61,479 nt of DNA. Source: a virus (taxonomy: Duplodnaviria; Caudoviricetes). Position numbers and translations under genes: made by a program. The DNA lies in IMG/VR virus record IMGVR_UViG_3300038962_000175, positions 1 through 61,479 of that record; one strand, written 5' to 3'. Of the stretch, positions 9,940-19,836 are shown one piece after another (position 1 is the stretch's first letter; each line of letters opens with the position of its first letter). Below the pieces are notes generated by a model. It was not told the DNA's origin, searched no databases, and was given only the letters and a program-made list of their open reading frames with translations.

Positions 9940-11114
9940 ATGAGAGACACTCTCGGAACGTGTGATATAAACTTACCGCCACGCTTTAGGAAGTTGAACT
10001 CTTTCTGCTTTATCTCGTCTAGATAATTCCAAGCACCCAAGAATGCGTAATCTACAGAGAGATTGAACCCTTCTTGCGGAGAGACAACAGGAATATGCAT
10101 TCCCGGCGACAACTTTCCTTGCTTGGAAAGTGTTGTGTCTGTTATATAGTCTATTATATCTGGACCTATGCCGCAATAATTAAATATTGATGTGGACTTA
10201 GAGGTAGCTCCATAACCAACTATCTTATTCTTACCCCTTTTTAACCTAGACAATAGATCTAGCAGATCTTTCTTTGATTTTTCGACACGCTCTGAGAACT
10301 CATAGTAGGTTGTTATACTATCTATCCCAGCATCAAATTCATCGGATATTATTTTATGAACCATGATGTTGTTATATTTTGGAGACTGTAGCTTCTGTGC
10401 AAATATACGATTTGATCCACCATGCACCTTTGTTTTTTCTACGTGAAATATTTCCAAGCCAGATCTCTCTAAGATGTTGTCTAGCGCAGTAACTGAAAAT
10501 ATGTGTGCATGCTCATCGTAAATTTGGTCGTATGAATTTCTCTCCAGCATCTCAAGCACGGAAGGGTCTTCGAAGATAAACACCCCGTCTTTATGGAGAA
10601 TATTTTCAACCGCTTTGAATGCTTCTTCTATATCAGGTATGTGACACATACAGTTTGCAGAATAGACAACTTTTACTTCACCTTCGACCTCTTTTATTAT
10701 GCGGGAAAGTTCCATATCCCAAAAGTCGTCGTAAGTAGTGTAGCCGAGTTCTCTTGTTATTTTTGCAAAGTTTCCACAAGGCTCAACCGAGAAGGCTTTC
10801 TTGGGATCGAAGTGCTGTAGAAAAACTCCGTCATTGCTGCCGATCTCCAGAATTCGTTCCCTAGGGAAATACAGATCTATTAGGCCAGCAACCTTAGAAA
10901 AATGATTCTTCATTGTTTGAGAACCGGAAGAATGATACGTATAAGTATCATTGAACATTAAGGGAGGATCTACAAAGTCCATATGGGAGACAAGCTTTGT
11001 CTCTGGATCAAAGCCCACCTCTAAATCGTAAAGAAATTCATTTTCACACTCCGTTGGTGTTAGAAATGCATTAGCTATTGGCTGTTTTCCAAGATCCAGA
11101 AATTTGGTTTTCAT
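9936..11114 (-). CDS. NDP-sugar C3-methyltransferase (TcaB9/NovU/EryBIII family)
   Basis: LDLGKQP, LEIGSNDG, NCMCHI, IYDEH, VHGGS, GYGATSK, PGMHIP, AWNY. Confidence 0.9.
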   Translation of the reverse strand: MKTKFLDLGKQPIANAFLTPTECENEFLYDLEVGFDPETKLVSHMDFVDPPLMFNDTYTYHSSGSQTMKNHFSKVAGLIDLYFPRERILEIGSNDGVFLQHFDPKKAFSVEPCGNFAKITRELGYTTYDDFWDMELSRIIKEVEGEVKVVYSANCMCHIPDIEEAFKAVENILHKDGVFIFEDPSVLEMLERNSYDQIYDEHAHIFSVTALDNILERSGLEIFHVEKTKVHGGSNRIFAQKLQSPKYNNIMVHKIISDEFDAGIDSITTYYEFSERVEKSKKDLLDLLSRLKRGKNKIVGYGATSKSTSIFNYCGIGPDIIDYITDTTLSKQGKLSPGMHIPVVSPQEGFNLSVDYAFLGAWNYLDEIKQKEFNFLKRGGKFISHVPRVSLI

Positions 11115-11776
11115 CTGTGAATAATAACCTTTTTGTTAGATTCCATCTCTCTTAGCATTTCTCTCTCTACGGAATACCTATGGCATGGACCGGCCTTGAC
11201 CTTATCCTTCTCCCAATAATGAGTGGCGTTTTCTGGAGGCTCATCCACGCCGAACCCAAAGAGATGGGGGGTTATGTCGCTTTCTATGCACATCCAGACA
11301 AAAGCTATTCCTATACTGGGGATGAAGTCGTTTCTTAGGGGATTGCTTCCAGTCCAGCTTTCCTTAGCATATCTCATTTGATGAACCACATCATTGAATG
11401 GAACAGTATACGCGGTTGAAGTTTCATCTATATGCATTCGAGCCTGTTCAATCGTTATATTAGAAGGATGAGGGCCAATTCTAACAATCTTAGAGTCTTT
11501 TTGATTCTTAATAAAATTAGTTGGCTGTCCTTCTGTAGCCCACCCCGTGTGAGGAATATTTGCAAACACATGGTTGTTGGCTATTCTCACGGTAGTCTTT
11601 GCACCAACATGTTCTTCAAACCCCTCTGTTGGCGCCCTGTTGAACCTAACCACATCATCAAACTCATCTATTTCTCTTCCACTTTTATTATCCAGTAGGT
11701 TCACGCTTGAAGCGACAATGCAGATGTTGTCGTCTATCTCAAGGGCTGGATCAGTGTAAACGATCTCTTTTTTCAT
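11111..11776 (-). CDS. GT29 sialyltransferase-like glycosyltransferase
   Basis: Sialylmotif L (CIVASS..L....GREIDEFDDVVRFNRAPTEGFEEHVGAKTT), S-like (PSIG...HLFGFG), motif III (HYWE), VS (HRYSVE). Confidence 0.88.
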   Translation of the reverse strand: MKKEIVYTDPALEIDDNICIVASSVNLLDNKSGREIDEFDDVVRFNRAPTEGFEEHVGAKTTVRIANNHVFANIPHTGWATEGQPTNFIKNQKDSKIVRIGPHPSNITIEQARMHIDETSTAYTVPFNDVVHQMRYAKESWTGSNPLRNDFIPSIGIAFVWMCIESDITPHLFGFGVDEPPENATHYWEKDKVKAGPCHRYSVEREMLREMESNKKVIIHR

Positions 11777-12384
11777 GACATTCTTTTCAGTAGGAAATTA
11801 AAGTTTAGCTCGTCCATTTTTGACACTTTGTACTCATAGCCATGCTTTTGTATAGAATCAATAACATCCTGTTCTTTATGATAAAAAGAGTATGTTGTTA
11901 TATTATATGCGTCAAGTGTTTTGTAGAAGCTTGGCCATCCAGTTATTTTCATCCTTTGGATTATCAGATTGTCGGCTTTTAATGACAATAGGTGATCAAA
12001 GCACTCCTGTCCGTTCGGAAGAACATCACACAGAGCGTTTGCCACGACAACATCACCTGTCTTGATGTCATTTTTTGACAAATCCTCATAGCCTCTAGGC
12101 TCAAAATTTCCATCCCAAGCATCTCTTGCGATAGAAACTGCGTTTTCAGAATAATCATATCCAACATAATCCTTGTCGGGAAAATGTCTTTGGGATAATC
12201 CATAATACGCCCCAGCCCCACATCCCACATCCACTATTCTGGTTACATTTTGTAGATCATTAATACAATCAATAAAATGATGCCAATGAGAGGGATATTT
12301 TTCTCCTGAAGATAGTTGTCTTTTATTTAGCGCCAGTTGATACTTAAAGACTTTCGAATTCTTCCAAGAATCTATATATTTCAT
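11773..12384 (-). CDS. Class I SAM-dependent methyltransferase
   Basis: VDVGCGAG, GYDYS. Confidence 0.85.
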   Translation of the reverse strand: MKYIDSWKNSKVFKYQLALNKRQLSSGEKYPSHWHHFIDCINDLQNVTRIVDVGCGAGAYYGLSQRHFPDKDYVGYDYSENAVSIARDAWDGNFEPRGYEDLSKNDIKTGDVVVANALCDVLPNGQECFDHLLSLKADNLIIQRMKITGWPSFYKTLDAYNITTYSFYHKEQDVIDSIQKHGYEYKVSKMDELNFNFLLKRMS

Positions 12385-13265
12385 TTGTGAACAAACTCCG
12401 ATAGCTGTTCCACAAATCTATTTTTGAGCTTCGGCATGTTCTCTTTTATTATTTTCGGGTGCTCGCCGTCAAAATCCTTTGTTCTGCACTCGCCGCGAGA
12501 TCTAGGCTTGAACTCATGAACACCTTCGTATTTATGTTCAACCAGAGACTTTTGAACCTCATCCCCCATAACCCAAGGAAGATAAACATCCTCGAAATAG
12601 TTATCGATGCAGTTGTCTTTACTCACAGCCGCTTTGTAATAGGCAACCTTTTGAGCAACTTGATATGGGAACACATAGGAGTAGTGGTACATTCTCACCC
12701 CGTGTTCTTTGTGTAGTTTGTTAAAATCAAGATGCTTCTCAGGCAGCCCCTCTGTCTCATGCTTCATTCTGGGCGGTCTGTGAGAGGCCCAAGTAGAGCC
12801 GGGGTAGACCTTGCACACCCTATTGAATTCTGCGTTCTCCTCAAATCCACCCAGAATTTTATCAAAACCTCCATAGAAGGAACAACTCTTAAACCCCACG
12901 GTTGTATATTGTTCTTCCTCTAGGAGGGAAATTACCTTCTCTATATCTTCGGGCTTGAAAACTTCGTCAGAATCTAGGTTCCATACATAGTCGGTGTCTG
13001 GAGAAAGGTTCTTTATGTATGCGTTACATTGTTCTTCTTTTTCAGAGTATAGCCCGTGGGTAATGGAGATCTTATTATCGGGATCGGGAAAGCTGTCGAT
13101 GATTTGATTGGTTCCATCGGAAGACGTTAAAAGTCCTGTCGATTGCCAAAACTGCACCGGACCTTCTGCAATTAAAATCTGGTGTGCGTAGGGATAGACA
13201 GAAGCTAGAACCTCCTCTAGGACGTAGTTTCCGTTAAACACTATCATACCAAAGGTTATCTTCAT
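12381..13265 (-). CDS. GT2-like glycosyltransferase
   Basis: GMIVFNG, SSDGT, NLDSDE, HYSY. Confidence 0.75.
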   Translation of the reverse strand: MKITFGMIVFNGNYVLEEVLASVYPYAHQILIAEGPVQFWQSTGLLTSSDGTNQIIDSFPDPDNKISITHGLYSEKEEQCNAYIKNLSPDTDYVWNLDSDEVFKPEDIEKVISLLEEEQYTTVGFKSCSFYGGFDKILGGFEENAEFNRVCKVYPGSTWASHRPPRMKHETEGLPEKHLDFNKLHKEHGVRMYHYSYVFPYQVAQKVAYYKAAVSKDNCIDNYFEDVYLPWVMGDEVQKSLVEHKYEGVHEFKPRSRGECRTKDFDGEHPKIIKENMPKLKNRFVEQLSEFVHK

Positions 13266-14203
13266 GATAAGTTGTATCTCTCTCTTGTCTCTTTAAGTTT
13301 TTCAAAATAGTCATCGTAAACTTCTTTGACGCCCGGATGCTGTCTAAGTCTCGGACCCCATTCACCCCCTCGGTCTACCGAATAGCTGTCTGAGTCGTAA
13401 TTGGGGGTAAAATGACTGAAGTGATTGAACACGATGTCCTGTTCAATAGAGTCCTCCTCAAGCACTAGATGCATGGGGTCTTTCCAAACCACGCGAGTCG
13501 GACTTATGAAATCAAAAAGAACAAAGCTCCAAGGAGCACCGTGGCCAATCTCTTTGTCGAGTACTTTTATTTCATCCTTATCAAAAAAGTCTTCAAATAA
13601 CTCAAGATATTTTTGATCCCCACAAGAACCAAAGACATCTGAAAACTGGTTATTTGGGTTGACGCAGCAATCCCTCCAGAACCGCAAACATTCCTTACCG
13701 ACTTTGTTGTTTCTAAAATATATAACCCCTACATTATAATAGCCCGGATTTTTTAAGTCCTTGTCAAGCTTTATATGCTTATGTGTAATAAGCCCTATGC
13801 TTTTCTTACCAATAGAATCAAATATTTTTTCTACTGAATCATAAAAAAGAAGGTCAGAATCTAGATACATCACATGGGGTATCTTGTACTGTTGGACTAA
13901 AAAGTTGGAGAAGAAAGAGGCGAGTGCCCAATGAAACGGGCTTTGTCCGTCGCTTGTATCTATCGGTCTGGAGGGGTTGTTGTGAATCAATAACTCTAGG
14001 TCTGTGTCTATAGAAAGGTCTATCAGGCTGTACACAAACATGTTTTCGAGATCAAGTTCTCGCAAGACCCTGTGTGTGTCTTCATCTAGAGCCAGATAGT
14101 GTAAATAGAAATCGCCGGAATGCTTCTTAAGCGAATCGTATAAACACAGTCCGTTCTCAAGATAATTCTTATCACTAAGTGTAACTAGGTTCTTTATGCT
14201 CAT
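13262..14203 (-). CDS. GT-A glycosyltransferase (GT8-like)
   Basis: DKNYL, YLDSDL, YNVGVI, GDQKYL, HFSH. Confidence 0.78.
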   Translation of the reverse strand: MSIKNLVTLSDKNYLENGLCLYDSLKKHSGDFYLHYLALDEDTHRVLRELDLENMFVYSLIDLSIDTDLELLIHNNPSRPIDTSDGQSPFHWALASFFSNFLVQQYKIPHVMYLDSDLLFYDSVEKIFDSIGKKSIGLITHKHIKLDKDLKNPGYYNVGVIYFRNNKVGKECLRFWRDCCVNPNNQFSDVFGSCGDQKYLELFEDFFDKDEIKVLDKEIGHGAPWSFVLFDFISPTRVVWKDPMHLVLEEDSIEQDIVFNHFSHFTPNYDSDSYSVDRGGEWGPRLRQHPGVKEVYDDYFEKLKETRERYNLS

Positions 14204-14877
14204 ATTGAATACGTATGTCCCATTTTCTTGTAGAATCCATCACCCCAAGTGTCCCCATCCCAAGAAGTTTCAACCCTCTCGAACCCATAGCCATCCAAAA
14301 ACTTGTCAATATCTTCGACTAAGGCGCAGCCTTCATACACCTCATCCCTGTTGACCTCAGTCATCACATAGTCTATTCCTTCTAGGGTTTTTTCAGCACT
14401 CCTTAAGACTTCTAGTTCATATCCCTGAACATCTATATTCATAAAGTTATAGTAGCTTTTGTCCAACTCTGTAAAATACCAGAAGTCATCCAGTCTAACC
14501 ATTTCCACATCCTGAGTTTCTGGAAAGGTGATATGAGGGTATTGTTCTAGATGTTTCTTGGGCTTTAACAGCGAACTGGAGGCTCCAGACCCATTGTTAA
14601 TGCCACCCGGAGTGTTGGATAAAAACATTTTCATGCTTTTGTTTTCGTTTCCAACCGCTTTGTTTACAAGGATTACATTCGTATCTTTTCCGCATACTAC
14701 CCCCATATTGTGTGAGAGTATATCAAATATATCATCTTGAGGCTCAAAAAATATAACATGATTAATATCATGCTTCATATATTCTATAATTTCCTGCCCG
14801 ATGTAAGCCCCTATATGCAAACACCCCTTTATGTTAAGGTTGTGTTTTTTTACCAACTGATCAAAGTTAAGAAGCAT
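14200..14877 (-). CDS. FkbM-family methyltransferase
   Basis: HIGAYIGQE, SSSLL, NIDVQGYELEVL, WGDGFY. Confidence 0.9.
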   Translation of the reverse strand: MLLNFDQLVKKHNLNIKGCLHIGAYIGQEIIEYMKHDINHVIFFEPQDDIFDILSHNMGVVCGKDTNVILVNKAVGNENKSMKMFLSNTPGGINNGSGASSSLLKPKKHLEQYPHITFPETQDVEMVRLDDFWYFTELDKSYYNFMNIDVQGYELEVLRSAEKTLEGIDYVMTEVNRDEVYEGCALVEDIDKFLDGYGFERVETSWDGDTWGDGFYKKMGHTYSI

Positions 14878-15703
14878 TTACCATCTCCATTTTTAATTCC
14901 TGATGACACCCAACGACCTCTGAAAAGTCAATGCTATCTAGGTCAATCACCTTGCCATCCAAATATCCCTTATTAAGATCTTCGAGAGTGATACCAAATC
15001 GCTCACCAGCCCGGTTTTTTGTTGAGGGACCGCATAGATTTATTGGAGTGTTTACGACGGAGCTTATATCAAAACATCCCATGAGAGGGGGGAGGCTGTG
15101 AGCGTGTAGAAAAGCCCTTCCCTCAAGCTGATTAGGATCGTTGTATTCGAACTTAGAAAAGAGGGTTTTTATGTCCGACTTCCTATAAACATGCCCGTCC
15201 ACGGAAAACGGATAAAAGAAGTTACTTATTCCTGCGCCCGCCCTTTTCCAATTCCAAAATAAAACTTCGTCAAACTTAACCACCTCCATTGGGGGTATAC
15301 ACTTTTCATCTGTGTATTGATCCTGTATGGAGATATTCTTACCTAAACGCATGGAGATACAACACATGTCATCAAACGCTGTAAATATATCGTTTATGCT
15401 ATGCTTTCTAAGCTCAGACTCTCTGTAGACAATGTCGTCATCGGTAAAGAAACAAATATAAGGGTTGGATCGATCAACCAAACTTTCCAGATCCCTTTTA
15501 AAATCTGTCTGATCTACCCAGTTATATCTTTCATGAGATGGATACTTATCTTGAATAAGAGAGTACCCTTTCTTGAACTCGTCGTTAGAGTAAGCGTAGA
15601 GAACCGACACTTCGAAAAAGTGAGGGCAGTTCTTCTCTATACTTCTAAGCAGCAAGTCTAATTGTGCCGCACGATCTTTACTAAATACTACTGCTGATAT
15701 CAT
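14867..15703 (-). CDS. GT-A glycosyltransferase-like protein
   Basis: VFSKDRAAQL, FFTDDD, YPFSVDGH. Confidence 0.7.
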   Translation of the reverse strand: MISAVVFSKDRAAQLDLLLRSIEKNCPHFFEVSVLYAYSNDEFKKGYSLIQDKYPSHERYNWVDQTDFKRDLESLVDRSNPYICFFTDDDIVYRESELRKHSINDIFTAFDDMCCISMRLGKNISIQDQYTDEKCIPPMEVVKFDEVLFWNWKRAGAGISNFFYPFSVDGHVYRKSDIKTLFSKFEYNDPNQLEGRAFLHAHSLPPLMGCFDISSVVNTPINLCGPSTKNRAGERFGITLEDLNKGYLDGKVIDLDSIDFSEVVGCHQELKMEMVNAS

Positions 15704-16339
15704 TTAATTTCTCAGGTCTAATATTCCCATAGTGTTCGCCACCTCTCTGATTTGCCAATCAAATCTATCCTTTACAAGAGCCGCCTTGATATGGAAATCG
15801 TCACACAGCACAACGCAGCTAGAATCTTTTATTATATCCATTTGTTCGGAACACTCTTCTGGGTCATTACCACCGTCTAAGTAATAAAGATCATATTCTG
15901 GCTTCATAACAGCTTCGGCTCTGGCTAGCATGGTGTTTACGTTGTAACCTAAAAGCGATGCCGAGGCTATTGAGTTTGCAAGATGGTCTAAGTTGATGTC
16001 GCACACTGTCAACTCTCCACCGTGTTTCTTTATGTGGTCTCCAAAAAATATGTCTGACCACCCGGAGCCAAATCTAAATTGAGGGTCAAAGGTTTCTATA
16101 GCTCCCACTTGGAGTATTTTTATAGGCTGTTCATTAAACATTTTTAGAACTTCATGAAAGACTTTATCCCGACTACCCCCACACTCTCCGACTGTCCAAA
16201 CCCCCTGTCCTTTGATATCCTTGTTCCTATAGAATATATCTATGGCCATAGTCGATGGGCCAAGTTTAAAGGTTCCAGTTTTCTTATCTATGGACAAGGA
16301 CTTGTGTGCCAGATGGTTACTTTTTTTTTCTACTTTCAT
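15704..16339 (-). CDS. Putative class I methyltransferase
   Basis: ILQVGA, CDIN, YDLYYLDGG, VLCDD (Methyltransf_24-like pattern). Confidence 0.55.
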   Translation of the reverse strand: MKVEKKSNHLAHKSLSIDKKTGTFKLGPSTMAIDIFYRNKDIKGQGVWTVGECGGSRDKVFHEVLKMFNEQPIKILQVGAIETFDPQFRFGSGWSDIFFGDHIKKHGGELTVCDINLDHLANSIASASLLGYNVNTMLARAEAVMKPEYDLYYLDGGNDPEECSEQMDIIKDSSCVVLCDDFHIKAALVKDRFDWQIREVANTMGILDLRN

Positions 16340-17285
16340 TTTGCATTCTATCTTTAAACCATTCTATAGTCTTATCCAAGCCTTCATCTAAAGAAACTTG
16401 AGGCTGAAATCCGATAGAACGTTCCGCCCTAGAAATATCCAATCTTCTTCTTGGTTGGCCGTCAGGTTTTGATGAGTCCCACACGATGTTTCCGTTATAT
16501 CCCATTCGATCAGCAATCAATTCTACTAGATCGGATATCTTTATTTCCGCCCCAGTCCCTATGTTGATGGGTTGTGGGTCATTGTGATGCTCTACGGAAA
16601 GGGCTATAGCCCTAGCACAGTCGTCTACATAAAGAAACTCTCTGCTAGCATTTCCAGTCCCCCAAACCTCTACATCTTTATGTTTAACACTCTTCATTGC
16701 TTCATAAAACTTGAGAATAAGGGCTGGTATAACATGACTGGAGTCGGGGTTGAAGTTATCGTATGGTCCATACATATTGACTGGTATTAAGTTAACACCA
16801 TTAAAATCATACTGTTGCTTGTATGATATTATCATCTGCATCAGAGTTTTTTTTGCTATTCCGTATGGAGCATTAGTTTCTTCCGGGTATCCATCCCAAA
16901 TACTCTCCTCTTTGAATGGAACCGGTGTGTATTTTGGATACGCGCAAACAGTGCCTATCATAACAAATTTTTCTACACCCGCCAATCGGGAAGCCTCTAT
17001 CAGATTGACTCCCATGGCAAGGTTTTCATAGATGAACAGGCCGGGATTCAATCTGTTTGCCCCAATACCCCCAACTCTTGCGGCTAGATGGACGACCACC
17101 TTCGGACGATATGCGTGTAGTATATGCTGAACGTTATCCTGCTTGGTTAGATCTAGCGATAAAGAGCCAGTAGATCCAGCAAGAGTCACTATCCGGGTGA
17201 ATCCCAGCTTTTTGAGATTTGTATAGACCGCTTTCCCAAGAAAGCCTCTACCTCCGGTGACAAGTATGGTGTCGTTTTTATTCAT
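16317..17285 (-). CDS. fcl: GDP-L-fucose synthase (GDP-4-keto-6-deoxymannose epimerase/reductase)
   Basis: HLAARVGGIGAN, GTVCAYPK, YGIAKK, SHVIPALI, WGTG..SREFLYVDD, KPDGQPRR. Confidence 0.95.
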   Translation of the reverse strand: MNKNDTILVTGGRGFLGKAVYTNLKKLGFTRIVTLAGSTGSLSLDLTKQDNVQHILHAYRPKVVVHLAARVGGIGANRLNPGLFIYENLAMGVNLIEASRLAGVEKFVMIGTVCAYPKYTPVPFKEESIWDGYPEETNAPYGIAKKTLMQMIISYKQQYDFNGVNLIPVNMYGPYDNFNPDSSHVIPALILKFYEAMKSVKHKDVEVWGTGNASREFLYVDDCARAIALSVEHHNDPQPINIGTGAEIKISDLVELIADRMGYNGNIVWDSSKPDGQPRRRLDISRAERSIGFQPQVSLDEGLDKTIEWFKDRMQNESRKKK

Positions 17286-18342
17286 TGGCCTGTATGCTGT
17301 TGGTAAGTTTTTCTAGCGCTAATAGGCAATTATCACGATGTTTTTCCATCTCCAAAAGATCAAATATCTTTGCGCACCTGTTAAAGTACGTATGATTTTT
17401 CATCACGTTTTTGTGCCCCTTTTCGATGTAGGGCTGTCTCTCGTCTGGATGTTCTATAAAATGGTCTAACGTATCTTTAAATTCTAACGGGGATGTAAAT
17501 ACCACCTCATCATCTGTAAATATTTTTCGCATTGCTTCGACATTGTCGGATATGCAAAAAGATTTGTTGGAAAGAATTTTGAATGTTCTCTCGTTAACAT
17601 CTATACCAAAGTCTTGTGCATGTGGTTCGCTTATGTTGGGGCATACTGTAGCAGATTTTAGAACATCTTTTACCATTTGATCAGAAATAAACCCCATGTA
17701 TTGAATACCAGATATTATATTCCAAGGTTGATTTCCGAAAATCTTTACGTTGTATTTTCCGGGCGGGTAAAATAGCTGGCTAATATACTTATTAAAACTT
17801 ACAGCCTTATATGGCCAGCAGCCGCCAACAAACGAAACATCGCTTCTTAAATAGTCAACCTCTTTTCCGTTAACATACTCAAAAATATCTGCGGCATTCA
17901 GAAGTCCGGTCGCTTTAACTCCTATGCTTTGCCATCCGTTATGGGTTCTTTCAACATCTTCATCTAGATAGTGAACGTATACAAAATCCGGCTTCCCTGT
18001 CATTTTTTTAAGAAGCTCTATATTTCTTTTTTCTTCGTCTGTTACAAAGAGTACATTATATTTATTTGGGTCTATTTCTTTCTGTATATCACCCCAATCT
18101 GGGGCTTTCATTATCACTTTTAGATTCGGTCTTTCGGCTATGCATTTAAAAACTGATTTAGTTAGATTGTAAGTTTGACCGATAAATATATCAGGTTCAA
18201 ATTCATCAAAAATATCAAACGCTGTTTGGCTTTTGATGTCCCACAGTATCACCTCATGACCAGAGTAGCTTAAGGCTTTAGCCAGCCCTGTTCTGACGTA
18301 AAAGTGGGCATGCATGCCATCACTAGATATCATTATCTTCAT
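17278..18342 (-). CDS. GT-B glycosyltransferase (CgeB/Glyco_trans_1_2-like)
   Basis: DVSFVG, NERTFKI, HTYFNR. Confidence 0.78.
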   Translation of the reverse strand: MKIMISSDGMHAHFYVRTGLAKALSYSGHEVILWDIKSQTAFDIFDEFEPDIFIGQTYNLTKSVFKCIAERPNLKVIMKAPDWGDIQKEIDPNKYNVLFVTDEEKRNIELLKKMTGKPDFVYVHYLDEDVERTHNGWQSIGVKATGLLNAADIFEYVNGKEVDYLRSDVSFVGGCWPYKAVSFNKYISQLFYPPGKYNVKIFGNQPWNIISGIQYMGFISDQMVKDVLKSATVCPNISEPHAQDFGIDVNERTFKILSNKSFCISDNVEAMRKIFTDDEVVFTSPLEFKDTLDHFIEHPDERQPYIEKGHKNVMKNHTYFNRCAKIFDLLEMEKHRDNCLLALEKLTNSIQANE

Positions 18343-19033
18343 ACAGATCCTTCGCTGTCTCTATTTTTTTTATCGAATGTTTTGCTTTTGGTTTGTGCTG
18401 TTTAATTATTCCGCCGTTGTTGATGACATAGTTGAGAATTTCAAACAGTAGGAGTTTATTTTTGTCTCTATTTCTACAAATTTTTTCTGCGAGACGAAGT
18501 TCAAAATCTCTTAAGAAGAATATATTATATGTCTTGGTTTTCAGTCCGAAAGATAGTTGGTTTACACAGCCATTACTGATTGTGACCCCTATATCTTGTT
18601 GGTTGCATTCTTCCTCTACACAGACAAGAAATGAACTTGCAAAGTCAAAATCAAGAAGTACGTCTTCTGGGAACATAAGGTTCCCGTCAATAAATAAAAT
18701 TCCAGATTCAGAAGAATTATTTATAAGTAGCCTCAAGTATTCAGCAGGGCCAGAAGTTTGGAAATTTTGATTCTCTACTATCCTCATGCATTTTGGAAGC
18801 AATCCCACAACTTTATCACACCCATATCCAGCAACGACATATATACAATTATTTGAGTATACTTTTTTTATGATACTAGATTGGTGCTCTATTAAACTTT
18901 GTCCATCAATAGTGCTCAATAAGTATTTTGGAACATAAGATTTCGACTTCTGGGAATTTTCGCAGGCTAATATGGCTACTCCCAAGTCGTCGGTCTTTGA
19001 CCTTTTTATTTCAGATACGTGTCTACGACTCAT
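18323..19033 (-). CDS. Degenerate sugar/choline-phosphate nucleotidyltransferase-fold protein
   Basis: VAILA...PKYLL, VVAGY, VENQNF; the canonical GxGxR motif is absent. Confidence 0.6.
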   Translation of the reverse strand: MSRRHVSEIKRSKTDDLGVAILACENSQKSKSYVPKYLLSTIDGQSLIEHQSSIIKKVYSNNCIYVVAGYGCDKVVGLLPKCMRIVENQNFQTSGPAEYLRLLINNSSESGILFIDGNLMFPEDVLLDFDFASSFLVCVEEECNQQDIGVTISNGCVNQLSFGLKTKTYNIFFLRDFELRLAEKICRNRDKNKLLLFEILNYVINNGGIIKQHKPKAKHSIKKIETAKDLYEDNDI

Positions 19034-19836
19034 CTTGCCTGTTGTCTGGACTTAATTTTGTCAGATATGATTTGTCTAGTTCTAGCTTCTGACTCTGGTG
19101 TGACATTGGAAGTCTGGTTTCTTCCAGTTTCTCTCGCAACTGCTAGGGGGGTGGGAATATGAACTATTATGAATTTTTCGGCTATTCTAAGCCATAGATC
19201 ATAGTCTTCAGAACAACCTATAAATTCCTCACTTCCGGGTCCATGCAGATTTGTATCGTAATATTCCCCATTTTCCCTAACGGATTCAAGAGCCTTCTTG
19301 CTTATTAATGCATTGCTATGCACTATGCAGTTCTGTCTAAGACGTAATCCACTATACGGCTCTTTAAACTCTCTCTTTTTAAAATTAGCATTAGTATACT
19401 CTATATCATAGTCAGCGTATACCACGCCTATATTTTCCATATCCACCAACATTTTTTCTACACAAAATCTCACCTTTGATGGATAATATTCATCGTCTGC
19501 GTCGAGTATTGCATACAAATCAGTAGTATCCCACACATGGTCTATCGCAAAGTTTCTTGCAGAACTGGCGCCAGAATTTTCTTTCTTAATGGCAATTAAA
19601 GACTTTCCATTTACCTGTTCTTGCATTATCACGACATCATCAACATAATTTTCAAAGACTTGATCTGAGAATTGATGTTTTATTATTTCCCATGATCCAT
19701 CTGTTGAACCATCATCAACTACGCATATAGTAGTGGCACCCTCGTAATCTTGATTAAGAGCGCTTTGGACACATCCCCCAATATATTCAGCGTAATTGTA
19801 GCTAGCTACTACTATTGTTACTCGTGGAAGATTCAT
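19030..19836 (-). CDS. GT2 glycosyltransferase
   Basis: YNYAEY, VDDGSTDGS, GASSARN, LDADD, EDYDLWLR. Confidence 0.93.
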   Translation of the reverse strand: MNLPRVTIVVASYNYAEYIGGCVQSALNQDYEGATTICVVDDGSTDGSWEIIKHQFSDQVFENYVDDVVIMQEQVNGKSLIAIKKENSGASSARNFAIDHVWDTTDLYAILDADDEYYPSKVRFCVEKMLVDMENIGVVYADYDIEYTNANFKKREFKEPYSGLRLRQNCIVHSNALISKKALESVRENGEYYDTNLHGPGSEEFIGCSEDYDLWLRIAEKFIIVHIPTPLAVARETGRNQTSNVTPESEARTRQIISDKIKSRQQAR

